Source: Candidatus Bathyarchaeia archaeon (GTDB taxonomy: Archaea; Thermoproteota; Bathyarchaeia; Bathyarchaeales; Bathycorpusculaceae). Taken from it: 64,000 nucleotides of DNA. The stretch covers positions 160,001 through 224,000 of the forward strand of contig JBEKHN010000001.1 in NCBI GenBank assembly GCA_050012255.1, in the 5' to 3' direction. Positions 61,123 through 64,000 of the stretch are shown piece by piece; within the stretch, counting starts at the first letter, position 1; every line of letters begins with the position of its first letter. The position numbers and the translations under genes are program-made. The notes beneath the pieces are model-generated. The model searched no databases. It was not told where the DNA came from and was given only the letters and a program-made list of their open reading frames with translations.

Positions 61123-62260
61123 GAACATACTCACAGGCGCACATTTCCTGAACGGCGACGTAGCATGCGCCGAGGCCGCGCTTGTTGCGGGCTGCCGGTT
61201 TTTCGCGGGCTACCCGATCACCCCTGCAACGGAGATCGCGGAAACCCTGTCTATGAGGATGCCTGAGCTTGGCGGAATCTACGTACAGATGGAAGACGAG
61301 ATCGCTTCAATTGCGGCGGTTATCGGCGCATCATACTCTGGTTTGAAAGCGATGACGGCCACTTCTGGACCGGGCTTCAGCCTGATGCAGGAAAACATCG
61401 GACTCGCCGTTATGACAGAAGCGCCCTGCGTCATCGTGGACGTTATGCGGGCTGGACCGAGCACTGGACAGCCAACGATACCTGGGCAGCAGGATGTTAT
61501 GCAGGCAAAATGGGGCTCGCATGGAGACTATGGTATAATTGCGTTGACGCCTTCTTCCGTTCAGGAGATGTTCGACCTTACGGTTGAGGCTTTCAACCTT
61601 TCTGAAACGTACAGAGTGCCAACGCTCCTGATGGCCGACGAGATCGTTGGCCACATGTGGGAAAAAGTGGTCATCCCGCCGATGGACAAGGTGAGGATAG
61701 TTAACCGCAAGAAGCCGAGTGTGTCACCTGAAGAGTATAAGCCGTTCTTGCCTGATGACGATTTGGTTCCGCCTATGGCCTGCTTCGGAGAGGGATACCA
61801 TTTCCATGCTACGGGCTTAACGCACAACGAGAGCGGTTATCCTAGAACTTCGAGCGCTGAGGACCAGACAAGGCTGGTCAACAGGCTGTGCGATAAGATA
61901 CAGAAGAACGCTGACAAGATAGTAAGAGTTGAAGAAGTTATGCTCGACGACGCGGATGTCGCAGTTGTAGCGTACGGCATAGTTGCGCGGGCCGCGTTGA
62001 GCGCCATAAAGAAGGCAAGAGAAAAAGGAATCAAGGCAGGATTGCTACGCCTGATCACGCTGTGGCCGTTTCCAGAAGAACACGTGGCAAAAGTCGCACA
62101 GCACGTTCGAGCAATCGCCGTTCCTGAGATGAACTGCGGACAGCTGGTGCGAGAAGTCGAAAGGGCAGCAAAAGAAACGCCTGTGACTTTTCTCTCAAAG
62201 CTGGGGGAAGAACCGCACACTCCGACGGAGATTCTTGACGCAATAAGGAGGGCTGCTTGA
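61109..62260 (+). CDS. korA: 2-oxoacid:ferredoxin oxidoreductase alpha subunit
   Basis: YPITP, QMEDEIAS, TSGPG, RAGPSTG. Confidence 0.92.
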   Translation: MLKAKNILTGAHFLNGDVACAEAALVAGCRFFAGYPITPATEIAETLSMRMPELGGIYVQMEDEIASIAAVIGASYSGLKAMTATSGPGFSLMQENIGLAVMTEAPCVIVDVMRAGPSTGQPTIPGQQDVMQAKWGSHGDYGIIALTPSSVQEMFDLTVEAFNLSETYRVPTLLMADEIVGHMWEKVVIPPMDKVRIVNRKKPSVSPEEYKPFLPDDDLVPPMACFGEGYHFHATGLTHNESGYPRTSSAEDQTRLVNRLCDKIQKNADKIVRVEEVMLDDADVAVVAYGIVARAALSAIKKAREKGIKAGLLRLITLWPFPEEHVAKVAQHVRAIAVPEMNCGQLVREVERAAKETPVTFLSKLGEEPHTPTEILDAIRRAA

Positions 62261-63105
62261 TGGTTCAGGAAATGGCGCATCCGTTTTCAAAGTACCTCCG
62301 AGCCGAGATGATGCCACACATATGGTGCACAGGCTGCGGTAACGGCGTTGTCCTCAACTGCTTCGCTCACGCACTGGACGAGTTGCAGTTCGATCTAGAC
62401 AAGCTCGTAGTGGTATCAGGCATCGGCTGCATCGGCCGAACGGCCGGCTACATAAACGCGGACTCATTTCACACGACACACGGACGCGCTTTGGCCTTTG
62501 GGACAGGAGTAAAACTCGCAAACCCCGAATTAGAGGTCATGGTGATAAGCGGAGACGGTGACCTCTTCGCTATAGGCGGAAACCACTTCATACACGCCGC
62601 CCGAAGAAACATAGGAATAAAGGTCCTCTGCGCCAACAACTTGAACTACGGAATGACAGGCGGGCAGCAGGGTCCGACAACCCCGCTTGAGTCGATAACG
62701 ACCACGAGCCCGTATGGAAACATCGAGCACCCGTTCAACCTCGTGCACTTGGCAGCAGCGTCTGGAGCTACGTACGTCGCCAGATGGACGACCCTGCACG
62801 TGCGCAGGCTGACACAGTCGATTAAGAGGATGCTGCAGAAGAAGGGCTTCTGCTTCATCGAAGTGCTTTCACCCTGTCCTGAGATATACGGCCGCTACAA
62901 CAAGATGCGGTCAGGTCTTGAGATGATGGGATGGTTCAGGAAGGCCTCAGTCATCGACAGCTTCTCAGACCCCTCAAAGGCGGAAATCACGCCTGAAAGA
63001 ATAGCAGTCGGCGAGTTTGTGGACGTTGAGAAGCTCAGTTACGAAAGAATGCTCCACGAGAAAATATCGAAAATAAACGAAGAAGCGATGGAGAAAGTGA
63101 GCTGA
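62257..63105 (+). CDS. korB: 2-oxoacid:ferredoxin oxidoreductase beta subunit
   Basis: WCTGCG, SGIGC, GDGD, YGMTGGQ. Confidence 0.92.
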   Translation: MMVQEMAHPFSKYLRAEMMPHIWCTGCGNGVVLNCFAHALDELQFDLDKLVVVSGIGCIGRTAGYINADSFHTTHGRALAFGTGVKLANPELEVMVISGDGDLFAIGGNHFIHAARRNIGIKVLCANNLNYGMTGGQQGPTTPLESITTTSPYGNIEHPFNLVHLAAASGATYVARWTTLHVRRLTQSIKRMLQKKGFCFIEVLSPCPEIYGRYNKMRSGLEMMGWFRKASVIDSFSDPSKAEITPERIAVGEFVDVEKLSYERMLHEKISKINEEAMEKVS

Positions 63106-63106
63106 C

Positions 63107-63649
63107 GTGCGGGTTGAAGTTAGGTTTGCGGGCTTCGGCGGTCAAGGAATAATCAAGTCAGGCATAATCGTGGCCGCAGCAGCCTGTATACACGCCGGAA
63201 AGAACTCTGTTCAAACTCAGTCTTACGGTCCAGAATCAAGAGGCGGGGCATGCAAGTCTGAAGTCGTGATATCGGAAGAAGAGATAGACTTTCCGAAGGT
63301 GGTTCAGCCCGACGTCTTGATCCTTATGTCGCAACACGCGTATAATGAGTATGCAGCAGACGTCAAGCCTGGCGGCACGGTGATCATAGATCCGGACATG
63401 ATTCCCACGGAGAAGAACCTGGAAAATGCTAGGGTCTTCCGGGTTCCGGTCACCAAAATCGCAGAAGAACTTGGCAGAAGAATAGTCGCAAACATCGTCA
63501 TGCTAGGCGCGCTCGTCGCAATCACAAGACTGCTGGACGAAAACGCTGTCAGAGAATCGATCAAAGAGAACATACCTAAGGGCACCGAAGAACTAAACCT
63601 GACGGCTTTCGAAAAAGGCTACGAATACGGAAAAACACTCGCCGCGTAG
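63107..63649 (+). CDS. korC: 2-oxoacid:ferredoxin oxidoreductase gamma subunit
   Basis: GFGGQG, YGPESRGG, ANIVMLG. Confidence 0.9.
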   Translation: MRVEVRFAGFGGQGIIKSGIIVAAAACIHAGKNSVQTQSYGPESRGGACKSEVVISEEEIDFPKVVQPDVLILMSQHAYNEYAADVKPGGTVIIDPDMIPTEKNLENARVFRVPVTKIAEELGRRIVANIVMLGALVAITRLLDENAVRESIKENIPKGTEELNLTAFEKGYEYGKTLAA

Positions 63650-63652
63650 GGT

Positions 63653-64000
63653 CTACTTAGCCTCTGTCGTCTGCGGCTTGGCTAATTGCGTCACAACTTT
63701 TGAACCCCTGATGCCCACGTGGCGCAACGGAGCAATCTTCTTGGCTTCGTTGTAAATGTCCGAAGCTATCTTTCCCAACACCATCTCCTGCGCAACCTGG
63801 TCCATCGTGAGCGCTGCGGCCTTTTCCTTTATGATCCTGTGCATGATTGCGCGAACGACTTTCTCTTGAGATGTCTTGATTCTTGAAAGCGTAAAAGCGC
63901 TAACAGCCACTCGCAGCGTGTACCCGTCTTTCGTCGTAACACCGAACAAGCCGTCAACTTTGGTCGTCCGTCTTCTCACAAGACTGCGCAAGTAATCTCG
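63653..64000 (-). CDS. rps3ae: 30S ribosomal protein eS1 (S3Ae), 3' part
   Basis: RSLVRRRTTKVD, TKDGY, IYNEAKKIAPLR.V.IR. Confidence 0.92.
   Translation of the reverse strand, partial: RDYLRSLVRRRTTKVDGLFGVTTKDGYTLRVAVSAFTLSRIKTSQEKVVRAIMHRIIKEKAAALTMDQVAQEMVLGKIASDIYNEAKKIAPLRHVGIRGSKVVTQLAKPQTTEAK

Overview
Archaeal chromosomal segment. TACK-like gene order (gins23-mcm, rfcS-rfcL, rpo12, alba, eS1), many TTG/GTG starts and several NosD/dockerin surface proteins suggest Bathyarchaeia; this is inference. It carries replication, tRNA-modification, sugar-nucleotide and amino-acid catabolism genes, a tRNA-Leu(GAG), an accessory stretch (~36-55 kb), and an HdrC-GltD / HdrA-MvhD / 2-oxoacid:ferredoxin oxidoreductase cluster. 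The most striking signal is a set of gene remnants (pstB, AbrB-PhoU regulator, pepF, CDGSH protein) whose breakpoints fall exactly on short alternating (GC)n runs. These are either a recurrent deletion scar or a systematic assembly artefact. Other notable items are a translin/TRAX-EndoV-HD-tRNA-binding operon, a catalytically degenerate nucleotide-sugar dehydrogenase, a 5'-truncated taw1 and an unrecognised 458-aa protein. All calls come from reading motifs by eye; no searches were run.
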